Virus record (IMG/VR): IMGVR_UViG_3300032319_000936
Coordinates: 1-64,000 of that record
DNA: 64,000 bases
DNA from: a virus
Lineage: Duplodnaviria > Caudoviricetes
Direction: 5' to 3' (one strand)
The position numbers were made by a program, and so were the translations under genes. Shown here in pieces: positions 10,227-19,665 of this stretch (position 1 is the stretch's first letter; the number at the start of each line of letters is the position of its first letter). The notes under the pieces were generated by a model. The model made no database searches, was not told where the DNA came from, and was given only the letters and a program-made list of their open reading frames with translations.

Positions 10227-10619
10227 ATGAAACATCTAAAGAGATACAAAGAATTGTTTGAAGAACTGGAGCCGAAAGACTTTATCGAGCTTGAAGATTT
10301 TGCGGACGAACTGTTTTCTGAACTTGGCTTAGATATAGTACTCACTAATCACTTCAAGCAAAGGGTCAACGACTGGAGAGAGAATAGAAAACCGATCACC
10401 TTTGAAGAGCTTGAACAGTTCTTTCTGAAAGCATATAAGAATGCAGGAAAAGACATCAAGAAGCTGCCGCATAACAAGGAGGTGGTTCTTAGAGATCACT
10501 GGACCAAATTGAACAGCCCCATTATAGTCAAGGATAGAGGTAGTGAGAAAGACGTTCTTATGCAGACCATAATGAGAAAGAAGGACTTTGGCAGTCCAGA
10601 TCCAATCATCACGATATAA
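10227..10619 (+). CDS. hypothetical protein with CTS-like leader
   Basis: Start moved to MKHLKRYKELFE, 5 nt after GATATATA (10214..10221). Confidence 0.8.
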   Translation: MKHLKRYKELFEELEPKDFIELEDFADELFSELGLDIVLTNHFKQRVNDWRENRKPITFEELEQFFLKAYKNAGKDIKKLPHNKEVVLRDHWTKLNSPIIVKDRGSEKDVLMQTIMRKKDFGSPDPIITI

Positions 10620-10627
10620 TCTAAAAT

Positions 10628-11377
10628 TTATTTGGCTAGCAACTTCGCTTGCTCTAAATCTCTAACCCCGAATTTTTGAGCTTGTTTAAGATATCCGCTC
10701 GAAGAGAATTTGTCTGGGTTATCCTTCACCATCCTATTCCACCCATTGTATTTCGTGGTGTAATTCCAGATTTCATCTGTTGAGTCTAAATTAGGATTCA
10801 CTTTCTTGGTGTAAAAATACCCTCCGACATTACCACCAGTTCTATCTGCTCCATGAGCACAGTGTATTAGAGTGTTACCTCCTGAGAGTATCTCATTTAC
10901 TTTATCCTGATCTTTTGTTGAGGATAGCTTATTGAATTTGATACCTAAGCTGTTGCATAGATTTTTCTCTTCCTGTATCGAAGTTCCAGGATCAGATTTT
11001 CTATGTCTGCTGTCGTTATCGTCGCCATTTAGCCTAATAACGTTTCTTATACCGTACTTCTCTAAGAAATACTTAAGATCTTTGAGTGGCATCTGTGCAC
11101 TTCTGTAATTAGGCTTGGTTGTGGATAGATTATCAGGTATAAGATGTATGTTGTAAGTTTTAGATAGGCCTGCATCTTCTTTCTCAGTATCAAATGAGCC
11201 AGAGCTAATAAAATCCCCGCTTATCTTTTCAGGATCAACTTTTGCTGGTTCCTTGTATTGTATCTCACCAGATCCGGATCCAACACCAGGATACATTTTA
11301 TTGAGTATATTGGACGGTATCTGCCTATCCCCCTCATTTAGTGCTTCAAATAGCTCGAATTTGCTAATTACCCTCAT
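10628..11377 (-). CDS. Cys-based (dual-specificity/tyrosine) phosphatase
   Basis: HCAHGADRTG CX5R motif, YRSAQ motif; leader MRVISKFELFE. Confidence 0.8.
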   Translation of the reverse strand: MRVISKFELFEALNEGDRQIPSNILNKMYPGVGSGSGEIQYKEPAKVDPEKISGDFISSGSFDTEKEDAGLSKTYNIHLIPDNLSTTKPNYRSAQMPLKDLKYFLEKYGIRNVIRLNGDDNDSRHRKSDPGTSIQEEKNLCNSLGIKFNKLSSTKDQDKVNEILSGGNTLIHCAHGADRTGGNVGGYFYTKKVNPNLDSTDEIWNYTTKYNGWNRMVKDNPDKFSSSGYLKQAQKFGVRDLEQAKLLAK

Positions 11378-11378
11378 A

Positions 11379-11699
11379 TTAAATAGAGATGTTACACTCA
11401 CTTAATAGGTCAAATATATTCAAGTCCTTTATCTCATTAGTGGTATCCCAAGTGATTACCTGTGAGCCGTTTTCGTATCCACCTGAGCATTTACCGTCCT
11501 TAAAAAAGATGATGATAGATGAGGAATTATCCTCATCTGGTAATTCAAGTTCGCTTAGGCCTGGTAATATATGGATGCAATCTGAAAGTGATTCTGATTC
11601 TAGAACTAATCCGTTTGAATCACAGAATAATACTTTGAATGATCTCTCCTTGCTCTTTCCCATGATATTAAAAAACTCGTAAAGTTCAATGTTTTTCAT
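11379..11699 (-). CDS. hypothetical protein
   Basis: GATATATA at 11713..11706; leader MKNIELYEFF. Confidence 0.7.
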   Translation of the reverse strand: MKNIELYEFFNIMGKSKERSFKVLFCDSNGLVLESESLSDCIHILPGLSELELPDEDNSSSIIIFFKDGKCSGGYENGSQVITWDTTNEIKDLNIFDLLSECNISI

Positions 11700-11766
11700 A
11701 TGATCTATATATCAATTAAGGGAATGTTGAATAGCACACTATCGTGTCAAATTGATGTGGTGATAA

Positions 11767-12411
11767 TCATATTGATATGGTCCCGTCCGGGTTTTCACTT
11801 CCAACTGCAAGCAACTCTTTAGCTTTAGCTGCGTCTATTAGTTTTCCGCTTTTCACCATCTGTGTTGCTTCGATATCCTTAGCTGTATAAAATTTAGCTA
11901 TGTACGGAATTAGTATTGTTAAAGCGTAAGTTCCTGTCTTCTTAATGTCACCATCAGAAACACCAGTTTTCTTTAAAATATCAATAGCTGCTGTTATGTA
12001 TTTGTCTATATCCCCGATTTTATATTTGTAAGTAACTTCACCAGGTACAGATCCTTTTGTGGTTTCTTCCACCCACTGTGTAAGTGTCTTTGTGTCTAGA
12101 AGTCCCTTAGCTGGATCTAGAAAGTACTGCATTAAATTTTGAACTGTCTGAGGCTTGTTGCATGTTCCATTTACATCTTCCTTTTTAGCTCCACCGAATT
12201 TAACGCAAGATTTTCTGAATATAGTTTTATACTCTTCTATCCAGCTTTTTTGGTCCTTCATATCTGCATCCATCATTTTCTTGATAGCTGGAAGTATCGA
12301 TAAAATAAACGGGTCAGTTACCGCTTTAGAAAATAACTTAATTTTACCAAGTCCTAAAGAATCAAAGACCCCCTCGTTGATAAAATTTTCAAATATCTTT
12401 ACGTGTTTCAT
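11767..12411 (-). CDS. hypothetical protein with CTS-like leader
   Basis: MKHVKIFENFINE. Confidence 0.75.
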   Translation of the reverse strand: MKHVKIFENFINEGVFDSLGLGKIKLFSKAVTDPFILSILPAIKKMMDADMKDQKSWIEEYKTIFRKSCVKFGGAKKEDVNGTCNKPQTVQNLMQYFLDPAKGLLDTKTLTQWVEETTKGSVPGEVTYKYKIGDIDKYITAAIDILKKTGVSDGDIKKTGTYALTILIPYIAKFYTAKDIEATQMVKSGKLIDAAKAKELLAVGSENPDGTISI

Positions 12412-12515
12412 AGATTTTCTATTCGATTATTGACTATATGGAGAGATAGTTACCTGATTTATGGCACCTGTTTAACTAGTAGATGGTGCCGTGTATTTAG
12501 TTGGATTAGGCATTT

Positions 12516-13772
12516 CTATAATAGGTTTTTCATGTTAAGATACCTCTCCATAGCTGAATAGTACTTAAAGTCTTCTTCCGATAGTAGATCTTTCACCTGT
12601 TTATATATTCTAACCTTTTCTCCGTCGGTCATTTTGTCCCACTCCTTGATAATGCCTTGCTCCCATGAGATTTTGTATGCATAGCATGTTTTTGCTATGT
12701 CTTTTAAAAATTCCTTTGGCATGTCGTCTTGATCAGTCATCCATATTGTTCTAGCTAGCTGAAATTTTGGATCCTCGTAATTAAATCCTTTTAGTGATTC
12801 AATAGGGTTGTCCTCTAGATCTATAGTTCCATCTATGAATTTTGATATACCAACCACGTCTTTAATTTCATTGCCTGAGCAATTGTATAAACCTATAACT
12901 TCTTCAGGTGAACCCTCTAGACTTGTTAATTTATTTTCAGAGACATTAAAGTAACCATTAACTATTCTAGGAGACCCATCTAGACTCTGTAGATCACATG
13001 ATGAAGCATCAAAATCTGCAGTTTCTTCAGGACAACCCGATAAAGACCTTAGATTGGAGTTCAGGTAAATCAGATAATTCATTGAGTTGTTACCCTTAGT
13101 AGGTCCTCCCTCTAAGCTAACCAGATCGTTTGAGTACATAATAAAATCACCTCCGATTTCTTTAGTACATCCTTTTAGATTCTTTATGTTGTTCTGAGCT
13201 AAGTTGAAACTGCCACCAACAAAATTTGGAGCACCCTCAACACTCTCTATACTGTTTAATGTACCCACAAAAGATCCTCCTACAATTTTAGGTCCTCCTT
13301 CCAGGGTGTAAATGAAATTACTTGAGAAATCAAAGTAACCTTTTACCTCTTCCGGTGATCCTTTTAGGGAATCTAAGCTACACAAATTGCAATAATAATG
13401 ACCGCCTACCTTTTTCGGACCAAATTCGAGGGACTCTAATCTTTTATTCCTTTTACACGAGAAATCACCTCCTACAACTTCTGGGCATCCCTTTAAAGTT
13501 TTTAGGTTATTAGATGATATTAAAAAAACTCCTGTGACAACACCAAATTCTATATCCTCTAGATCGTATAGTGAATAATCCCTCGCATCGAAATCCCCAT
13601 TGACGTCCACCTTTCCCGTTACATCGTTATATGTCCACGATCCTTTTTGTCTGCAGTGCAGATCTAAAAATTTAATCTGGTCCTCAGTTAGACCCCGGGA
13701 TTCCCCCTTATCTGATTCAGAATCCTGATATTCCTCAAATAGCTCTTTATATTTCTTAACTCTTTCTATCAT
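12516..13772 (-). CDS. divergent LRR-like repeat protein
   Basis: About 12 degenerate LxSLxGxPxxVGG repeats, same N-cap and C-cap as the + strand family. Confidence 0.85.
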   Translation of the reverse strand: MIERVKKYKELFEEYQDSESDKGESRGLTEDQIKFLDLHCRQKGSWTYNDVTGKVDVNGDFDARDYSLYDLEDIEFGVVTGVFLISSNNLKTLKGCPEVVGGDFSCKRNKRLESLEFGPKKVGGHYYCNLCSLDSLKGSPEEVKGYFDFSSNFIYTLEGGPKIVGGSFVGTLNSIESVEGAPNFVGGSFNLAQNNIKNLKGCTKEIGGDFIMYSNDLVSLEGGPTKGNNSMNYLIYLNSNLRSLSGCPEETADFDASSCDLQSLDGSPRIVNGYFNVSENKLTSLEGSPEEVIGLYNCSGNEIKDVVGISKFIDGTIDLEDNPIESLKGFNYEDPKFQLARTIWMTDQDDMPKEFLKDIAKTCYAYKISWEQGIIKEWDKMTDGEKVRIYKQVKDLLSEEDFKYYSAMERYLNMKNLL

Positions 13773-14251
13773 CTGAATTTAGGTTTCAATCTGTCCTCCC
13801 ATTTTCTAAGTCCAAGATTTCCTCTTAGATATGCATCAGCTTCTATCTCTTCAGCGGCTTTAGTAGAATCTTCGCCTAATCCTGTAACTGCGGGACTTAA
13901 ATCTAGCCCCTTATTGATATGCTGATCTGCGTGTATTAGCTCGTGAGCAATCGATCTCAGTATGTCCTTAAGTGCTCTACCTGTAACGAATATGTTTATG
14001 CAGTTGTCTTTAAAGTCATAGTACCCAGTTCTTTTGAAAGCTGGATGTGTATCTGGTTGTTCTTCCTCTATGAAAGCAACAGTGGGTATCGACTCTTCAG
14101 GGAAAGGCATATCCTGCATCATGTGTCCCATGAGAGAGCAGCATAATGGTGATATGTTCTCCCCGCCTATATTGAAAGAATTTCCACTGTTAACCTGTGG
14201 CATTATTTCTATCTGTGAGAGATAGTCACTGAATTTTTCTACCTTATGCAT
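13769..14251 (-). CDS. putative Zn-metallopeptidase
   Basis: LRSIAHELIH HExxH motif with downstream E. Confidence 0.6.
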   Translation of the reverse strand: MHKVEKFSDYLSQIEIMPQVNSGNSFNIGGENISPLCCSLMGHMMQDMPFPEESIPTVAFIEEEQPDTHPAFKRTGYYDFKDNCINIFVTGRALKDILRSIAHELIHADQHINKGLDLSPAVTGLGEDSTKAAEEIEADAYLRGNLGLRKWEDRLKPKFR

Positions 14252-14552
14252 TTTCGTAAACGTCTTCTAAATGTTTTATTTTGATTAAAGCCTTTTTACC
14301 GGCTAAGTGTGATTCTAATTCCTTTTCTACTCTTATGAAAAGTTCCAGAAGACTTCTCCATCCACTATTGGATGAGAAAAATGAAGGCTTAAATGAATCT
14401 ATCTTTTGATATGTGAGTGTTTTCCAATTCCCAACCAGTCTTTGTGCTGATTCCAATTGATCCGGCGTATTTACCGATTTAACTACTGATCTAATCCAGC
14501 ATCTGTGGCTTATTATATCATTCTTTATCTGTTCTATTTCCTTTATGCTCAT
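14244..14552 (-). CDS. hypothetical protein
   Basis: ORF in operon. Confidence 0.7.
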   Translation of the reverse strand: MSIKEIEQIKNDIISHRCWIRSVVKSVNTPDQLESAQRLVGNWKTLTYQKIDSFKPSFFSSNSGWRSLLELFIRVEKELESHLAGKKALIKIKHLEDVYENA

Positions 14553-14562
14553 GTTAATGGAA

Positions 14563-14715
14563 TTATCTTTTTGAACCTTGCCCTCTGTTAATCTTCTTCC
14601 ATAATTTAGAAGATTTTAGGTTGGATGCTTTTGTTTTCGAGTGGACGCCCGGTCTTTTTCTTCTAGGCTTTGCCTTGTGCTGCGTGGATGAGGAGGTGGT
14701 TGTTTTCTTGGCCAT
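14563..14715 (-). CDS. small basic protein (50 aa, not in ORF track)
   Basis: MAKKTTTSSSTQHKAKPRRKRPGVHSKTKAS...; fills intergenic gap. Confidence 0.65.
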   Translation of the reverse strand: MAKKTTTSSSTQHKAKPRRKRPGVHSKTKASNLKSSKLWKKINRGQGSKR

Positions 14716-14767
14716 GGTTAGTCTTTTTTTAGATTATATATTTACAGGACCAATATAATTCTGCCAG

Positions 14768-15067
14768 CTAATCGTTGGAATATGGCCAGTCGTAGCTATC
14801 GTCTATTATTTCGTGTTTGTGCATCGAGTTTTCTATAAAAAGTATGATTAGACTAACATCGCCTTTGGTCTTACACGTCCCTCCTAGAGTATAGTTTCCT
14901 ATAACATCTGGGTCGTCTATTATTCTAGAATTTATTAATTTGGAAGAATGCACTTCTTTTAAATTAGCTAAAGCTTTTTCAAGCTCATTCTTGTTTTCTG
15001 AAGTGACTGAGAACATCCATGCATTATTTGCAACGGATGGCCGAAAGGAAGATAGCGTTTTTACCAT
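14768..15067 (-). CDS. hypothetical protein
   Basis: ORF in operon. Confidence 0.65.
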   Translation of the reverse strand: MVKTLSSFRPSVANNAWMFSVTSENKNELEKALANLKEVHSSKLINSRIIDDPDVIGNYTLGGTCKTKGDVSLIILFIENSMHKHEIIDDSYDWPYSND

Positions 15068-15086
15068 TTTTGTTGATATAAGAAAA

Positions 15087-15112
15087 AAAAGATGACCCTA
15101 GGATCATCTTTT
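15087..15112. terminator. putative terminator hairpin
   Basis: AAAAGATGA...TCATCTTTT. Confidence 0.55.
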
Positions 15113-15130
15113 ATATCTGAATTTTGTTTT

Positions 15131-15961
15131 TTATTTCTTTGACATATTAACAAGCCAGCTATAAACAGTATCACCCGTTTTAGTTTTTAGCCACCCGCTC
15201 TTAAGTTCGTTAAGAGCCCAAAGATATCTCTGCATAACCCAAGAATATTTATCGTCCAGCAAAGGTCTTCCGCAGCATCCACATCTTACCATTTCATCAC
15301 CAGGATCTGGGCTTACCGGTTTAAGGACCTGTGTTGGAGGCTGGGGAAGTACTACTGCCACGTTATCTATAGGCTGTACCAAATCAAATTGATAATCATT
15401 CTGTTTATTTACAGGTATCCATATTAAATATACACACTGCTCAGCTAATGCTTCAGGTGAACCTTTTCTGGTTGCGCTTCCAACTATAGCATCCTTTGAA
15501 ATCTTTATGTACTTTGTTAGTGCTGACCAATCTAGATTAACGGTAACCTTTGTGTCTGGAGCTGTTGGTGGAGTGTTTTTATCAAACCACGTCTTCAAAG
15601 CAGCGACTAGATTGTTTGCTCTTCTCTGAGCTAAAGCGAAGTTATCATATCCTGAGCTAGAACCGACCGCTGATGCGGACCCTCTAACTATCAATTTGTT
15701 ATCCGCTTGTCCTGTTTGGTTGTAACGTTGTAACCATAGCCATCTTAGAAGCTGAACTGCATCTTGAAATGCTGTGGAATTGACATCTATTTTATCGATA
15801 CCTGTTCCGAAAAGATTAGCCGTTAGTTGAATTGGCTGACCTGCTACGAGTTTTGTACCCATTTTTTCGATCTCTGCCCAAGGGTGGGCATTTGCGAGTC
15901 CTGATAGATTATCCTCATTTAGTGATTGTGAAAAATCGGATAGTTTTTTAAATCTTTTCAT
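15131..15961 (-). CDS. OmpA-C-like (peptidoglycan-binding) domain protein
   Basis: GSASAVG...NFALAQRRA motif; leader MKRFKKLSDF..LNE; GATATATA upstream. Confidence 0.6.
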   Translation of the reverse strand: MKRFKKLSDFSQSLNEDNLSGLANAHPWAEIEKMGTKLVAGQPIQLTANLFGTGIDKIDVNSTAFQDAVQLLRWLWLQRYNQTGQADNKLIVRGSASAVGSSSGYDNFALAQRRANNLVAALKTWFDKNTPPTAPDTKVTVNLDWSALTKYIKISKDAIVGSATRKGSPEALAEQCVYLIWIPVNKQNDYQFDLVQPIDNVAVVLPQPPTQVLKPVSPDPGDEMVRCGCCGRPLLDDKYSWVMQRYLWALNELKSGWLKTKTGDTVYSWLVNMSKK

Positions 15962-15995
15962 TTTTTTGAATTATTTACAGAACTATATATCTAAA

Positions 15996-16604
15996 TCAAT
16001 CAAACAACCCGTTGATATCGCTTAGGCGTTTTAGTATCTCCTTTCCTTTCTTTATTTTGTACCAAACATCACCAACTTTACATCCAATTTCTTTTGCTAT
16101 CTCTTCGTGGGTGTAGTCCTTAAAGTACTTTAATTTAATAGCAGTGGCAACATCAGGTGGTAGCTTTTCAATAAGTAATCTCACTAGTTTGATAACCTGA
16201 GTGCGGTCGATATCTTCTATTGTGCTTTCAGATTGGCCAATCTCTCTAATTTCCATGCTAACCGTAGATACACCCTGGTAGCTTTCTGCGCTAATCCTCT
16301 TTTTACCTTTTGGTATAGCATTGACGTGATTGTGAAGACAAGCTATCATCCATGTGAAAAATTTGCTCTTATCCGGATCGTAAAGGTGTAGTGATATGAA
16401 ACACCTGCCCAAAACAGACATAACTATATCTTCTAGATCATCCTCCCCTTTACCGGGTAATCTTCTTTGAGCAGCTGTAAATAGAATCAGCTTATATTTT
16501 CTAGCGAGAATATTATACGATCTTTGATCGCCATCCATAGCCTGGATGACTAGTTGTTTATCCTCCTCGTGTGTGGTGTAAATTGGCTTCTCTTTCTTTG
16601 ACAT
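15996..16604 (-). CDS. ECF-type RNA polymerase sigma factor
   Basis: Region 2 (EDxxxxxxxR..YDPDKSKFFTW) and region 4 (LPP..AIKLKYF.DYTHEEIAKEIG); ~200 aa. Confidence 0.85.
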   Translation of the reverse strand: MSKKEKPIYTTHEEDKQLVIQAMDGDQRSYNILARKYKLILFTAAQRRLPGKGEDDLEDIVMSVLGRCFISLHLYDPDKSKFFTWMIACLHNHVNAIPKGKKRISAESYQGVSTVSMEIREIGQSESTIEDIDRTQVIKLVRLLIEKLPPDVATAIKLKYFKDYTHEEIAKEIGCKVGDVWYKIKKGKEILKRLSDINGLFD

Positions 16605-16609
16605 CAATC

Positions 16610-16638
16610 ATTATAGACGGATAGAGACTGGTAGTTTC
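16610..16638 (-). promoter_or_regulatory. ECF-like promoter GAAACT-N15-TCTATAAT
   Basis: Same spacing recurs at 22532..22505, 19632..19660 and nearly at 32558..32531. Confidence 0.55.
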
Positions 16639-16682
16639 TTATATTAAGAGAAGCTATGATACCTGCTATTGTGCCGCCTGGA

Positions 16683-17780
16683 TTATAATATCCTATTCTT
16701 CTGTCTTTTGACAGCAGCAATATCCTCATCAGTATATCCCAATTTGGAGAATATAAAATCCTTGATGCCTTTTATTCTTTCTGATGTGCTATCTAATAAA
16801 TCGATAGACATTGGATTTTCATCGAAGTATTTTAAAATAGAGTCTTCCTGCAGAATGGGAGCTGTTAATATTATAGATCTCGCGATGTCATTCTCTCGGT
16901 TTGTTGCAAACGTATTTTTACCTACAACGGTTCCATTTTGTGTCCAGTTTCTCGATAAACATCCATTTTCTAAGACTAGAAGACAATGCTTAACGTCATA
17001 GGGTATAGTGAAAAGATCTCCTATACCTAGATCCTGGCATTCTTGAATGCCCTCTAAGGATAATCTATTATAATAGTTTTCACCTCTTATAGAGATCGTT
17101 CCTTTAACCACGCCTAAACCTTCTAGATCTTCAAGTCTACCCCCTTGTATTAAAAAAGTAGTTCCCACGTAATCGGGTGCATAAACCAATGATCCAACTT
17201 CTCCGCTGTCAAAAGCTTGGTCCCCAAATGCTATAGTAAATTGGCTTTTAATTTTACCGAACCTAATTTCAGAGAGTGTTTCCTTTTCCTTTTTGTTAAA
17301 TATATTAATATCAATATTACCGTCCACATTAATCCTCCCGGTTGATTTGTCGTAATACCACTTCGCTCTAGTTCCGGAGGAAATTAATCTCACATGGCGC
17401 AGCCCTAAGTTTGACCCCTCTATGGAAGATAGCGTTTCCCCCATTTTTTTGAGATCCTTATCGTATCTTTGTATGAGATATGTGAGCATATCGTCTATCG
17501 CTGTAAGATCGTTTCTTACAAATCCTGATTTTGCTCCTTTATCTCGGATGTACCCTGACTTCTGTAGAACCACTCCCTCTGGATAAAACCAGGGAGATCC
17601 TGGATTCTGAATATGTAGGCTCTTATTCTTGGTCATAATGGGGCTTGTCACATTAACGAATCCTCTATTCTTCAGTTCTGCCCATAGAGGATTTGATTCT
17701 ATTGAATCGTAGTCAGCATTCCAGCTTGAATTTGTTTCATCCTGGCTTTCGAAAAGTGAAAAGCTTAATATATTGCGCAT
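16683..17780 (-). CDS. hypothetical protein with degenerate LRR-family N-cap
   Basis: Internal WYYDKSTGRINVDGN...IRFGKI; leader MRNILSFSLFE; ends KRQKNRIL. Confidence 0.8.
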   Translation of the reverse strand: MRNILSFSLFESQDETNSSWNADYDSIESNPLWAELKNRGFVNVTSPIMTKNKSLHIQNPGSPWFYPEGVVLQKSGYIRDKGAKSGFVRNDLTAIDDMLTYLIQRYDKDLKKMGETLSSIEGSNLGLRHVRLISSGTRAKWYYDKSTGRINVDGNIDINIFNKKEKETLSEIRFGKIKSQFTIAFGDQAFDSGEVGSLVYAPDYVGTTFLIQGGRLEDLEGLGVVKGTISIRGENYYNRLSLEGIQECQDLGIGDLFTIPYDVKHCLLVLENGCLSRNWTQNGTVVGKNTFATNRENDIARSIILTAPILQEDSILKYFDENPMSIDLLDSTSERIKGIKDFIFSKLGYTDEDIAAVKRQKNRIL

Positions 17781-17786
17781 CCTGAT

Positions 17787-17903
17787 TTATTTTTCTTTGG
17801 ACAGTGACTTTAAAACTTCTATATTTTTAGAAATTCTTTTGGTGTTCTTAGCCCAATTCTTTCTGTTTCTTCTCTTGGTCCCTTCTTTTCTTGCCTTTGC
17901 CAT
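17787..17903 (-). CDS. small basic protein (38 aa, not in ORF track)
   Basis: MAKARKEGTKRRNRKNWAKNTKRISKN...; fills the gap exactly. Confidence 0.6.
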   Translation of the reverse strand: MAKARKEGTKRRNRKNWAKNTKRISKNIEVLKSLSKEK

Positions 17904-17917
17904 ATTGTATTATTTTT

Positions 17918-18967
17918 TTATATAATCCTATTCGTCATCCTGAGTCTAGCAGTCAGATACTTTTTTTCGTCCTCCGGTATATTTAAACTAGAGCTTTCTC
18001 TAAAGAACCTTCTGGTTTCTTTTTTAATGGCAACGAGCGGACTGTCTGTGCTTATTTTATCACCTCTTCCTATTAATAGCTTAAGCTCGCTAGATATTTG
18101 TTTTCTCAAGATGCCATCTAGAGCTTTTATTAGCTCTCCCTCGTCGCTATAGCCCAATGTGATTATGTCCAGTCTTGCGCCTTTTTGCACAGCCGTTCCC
18201 TCTCCAGAAGCTGTTATTTTAATTCTACCAAAAGCGTGACCCTTAAGTCTAAAAATTAAACCAGCATAATAATTATCTGATTTAAGCATTTCAACCGCTC
18301 CCGTTTTTTCAATCACCTCCTTAAGATCCTCGAAAAATGGGGGTAATCCCAATTGGGCCTCACCTGGTAAAAGTCTGATCAATTTGAATGTGATCTCTAA
18401 ATCTTTACCATCGGCATCTATAGTAAATCCTTCCTGTTTTAAAAAATCAAGATACGGAGAGCTGATCCCTGATAGATCATGTATTATACCGGATCCTCCC
18501 GCTTCATGATCTTTTATAGCTTGGTATGCAGAGATCTGTCCGTTTCTAGGATACCCAACTGTGACATTAGGCTCTCTAAGAACTTTTAAAGAGATATCGT
18601 GATCCTCTAAAAATTTATCCAGCTCATTTCTTGGAATGGAGTTGTTTCCTTTTCTTATAGAGTCATAAACAAGTTCTCTTATTAATAGCTCCGGGGTTGA
18701 CATATACTTATGTCCATAATCTCTTCCTGCGCTACTGTACCAATAGATCCAGTTGCCACCTCTTTTTTCTATCTGTGTCTTAGATGGCAAATAAGAAGTT
18801 TTCAGGTAGATCCTACCGGTTCTCTTGGGCTCTATTGTAGCGTCCCTGCTTAATATCTTACCCCACTCGGAGTTTTCAAAAGCATCTTTAAACTCCTTTA
18901 CCTCAGGAAGTTCGGTAGTTTCTGATTCTTTAAGAATAAATTTTTTAAAGTCTAGAATAAATGACAT
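17918..18967 (-). CDS. hypothetical protein with CTS-like leader
   Basis: MSFILDFKKFILKE; ends RLRMTNRII. Confidence 0.8.
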   Translation of the reverse strand: MSFILDFKKFILKESETTELPEVKEFKDAFENSEWGKILSRDATIEPKRTGRIYLKTSYLPSKTQIEKRGGNWIYWYSSAGRDYGHKYMSTPELLIRELVYDSIRKGNNSIPRNELDKFLEDHDISLKVLREPNVTVGYPRNGQISAYQAIKDHEAGGSGIIHDLSGISSPYLDFLKQEGFTIDADGKDLEITFKLIRLLPGEAQLGLPPFFEDLKEVIEKTGAVEMLKSDNYYAGLIFRLKGHAFGRIKITASGEGTAVQKGARLDIITLGYSDEGELIKALDGILRKQISSELKLLIGRGDKISTDSPLVAIKKETRRFFRESSSLNIPEDEKKYLTARLRMTNRII

Positions 18968-18971
18968 ATGT

Positions 18972-18995
18972 CTTATATATCCTCCGATATATAAG
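18972..18995. promoter_or_regulatory. back-to-back divergent GATATATA promoters
   Basis: CTTATATATC-CTCC-GATATATAAG inverted repeat between divergent genes. Confidence 0.7.
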
Positions 18996-19020
18996 TCAGG
19001 ACCAATAAATAATAAAGCAT

Positions 19021-19629
19021 ATGAAATATCCTAAGAAATACTTAACTTCAAACCCGAATGTTATGAAAAGAGAGATTAAAAAACACGGTGAGAAAGCGGA
19101 TGATGATTCATCAGCATATGGACCATGGGATGCGGATTATAAAAGCAGAAAAGCAGGAAAGGGTAAGAAAGTGGAAACTAAATCTAGCAAATACACCAAG
19201 AAGTTTAAAGAAATGTACGGTGAAAGCGAAGAAATTCCATTAGAGGATAACCCCAATCTTTTGAAGCTGGATGAATTTAGTAAATTAATGGAGGAAGCTG
19301 CTTTCGAAGTTTTCGAGGATCTTTCAATAGAGCTGGATGAGGAAGAATTCGAGTCCATGACAGAAGACATTAACGAAGGGGGAAAGGCAGATACTGCTTT
19401 AAGAAACAAAGCTAAGAAAACAGGATTTCCCTTGGGGATCTTAAGACAGGTCTATAAACGCGGCTATGCAAGTTGGAAGCGAGGTCACACCCCAGGTGTG
19501 ACACCTCAGCAGTGGGCTATGGCAAGAATCAATTCTTTCGCAGTTGGTGGCAGAACAACTGAGGTTTCCGATGGTGCTCTTTACAGACAAGCTAAGAAAG
19601 CAAGAGCTGCGAGAAGGAAAAAGAAATAA
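19021..19629 (+). CDS. DUF5824-like protein
   Basis: LGILRQVYKRG..SW..GH.PG.TPQQWAMARINSF motif. Confidence 0.6.
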   Translation: MKYPKKYLTSNPNVMKREIKKHGEKADDDSSAYGPWDADYKSRKAGKGKKVETKSSKYTKKFKEMYGESEEIPLEDNPNLLKLDEFSKLMEEAAFEVFEDLSIELDEEEFESMTEDINEGGKADTALRNKAKKTGFPLGILRQVYKRGYASWKRGHTPGVTPQQWAMARINSFAVGGRTTEVSDGALYRQAKKARAARRKKK

Positions 19630-19665
19630 GAGAAACTTAATCCGTTCATTATTCTAAATAGAGTA

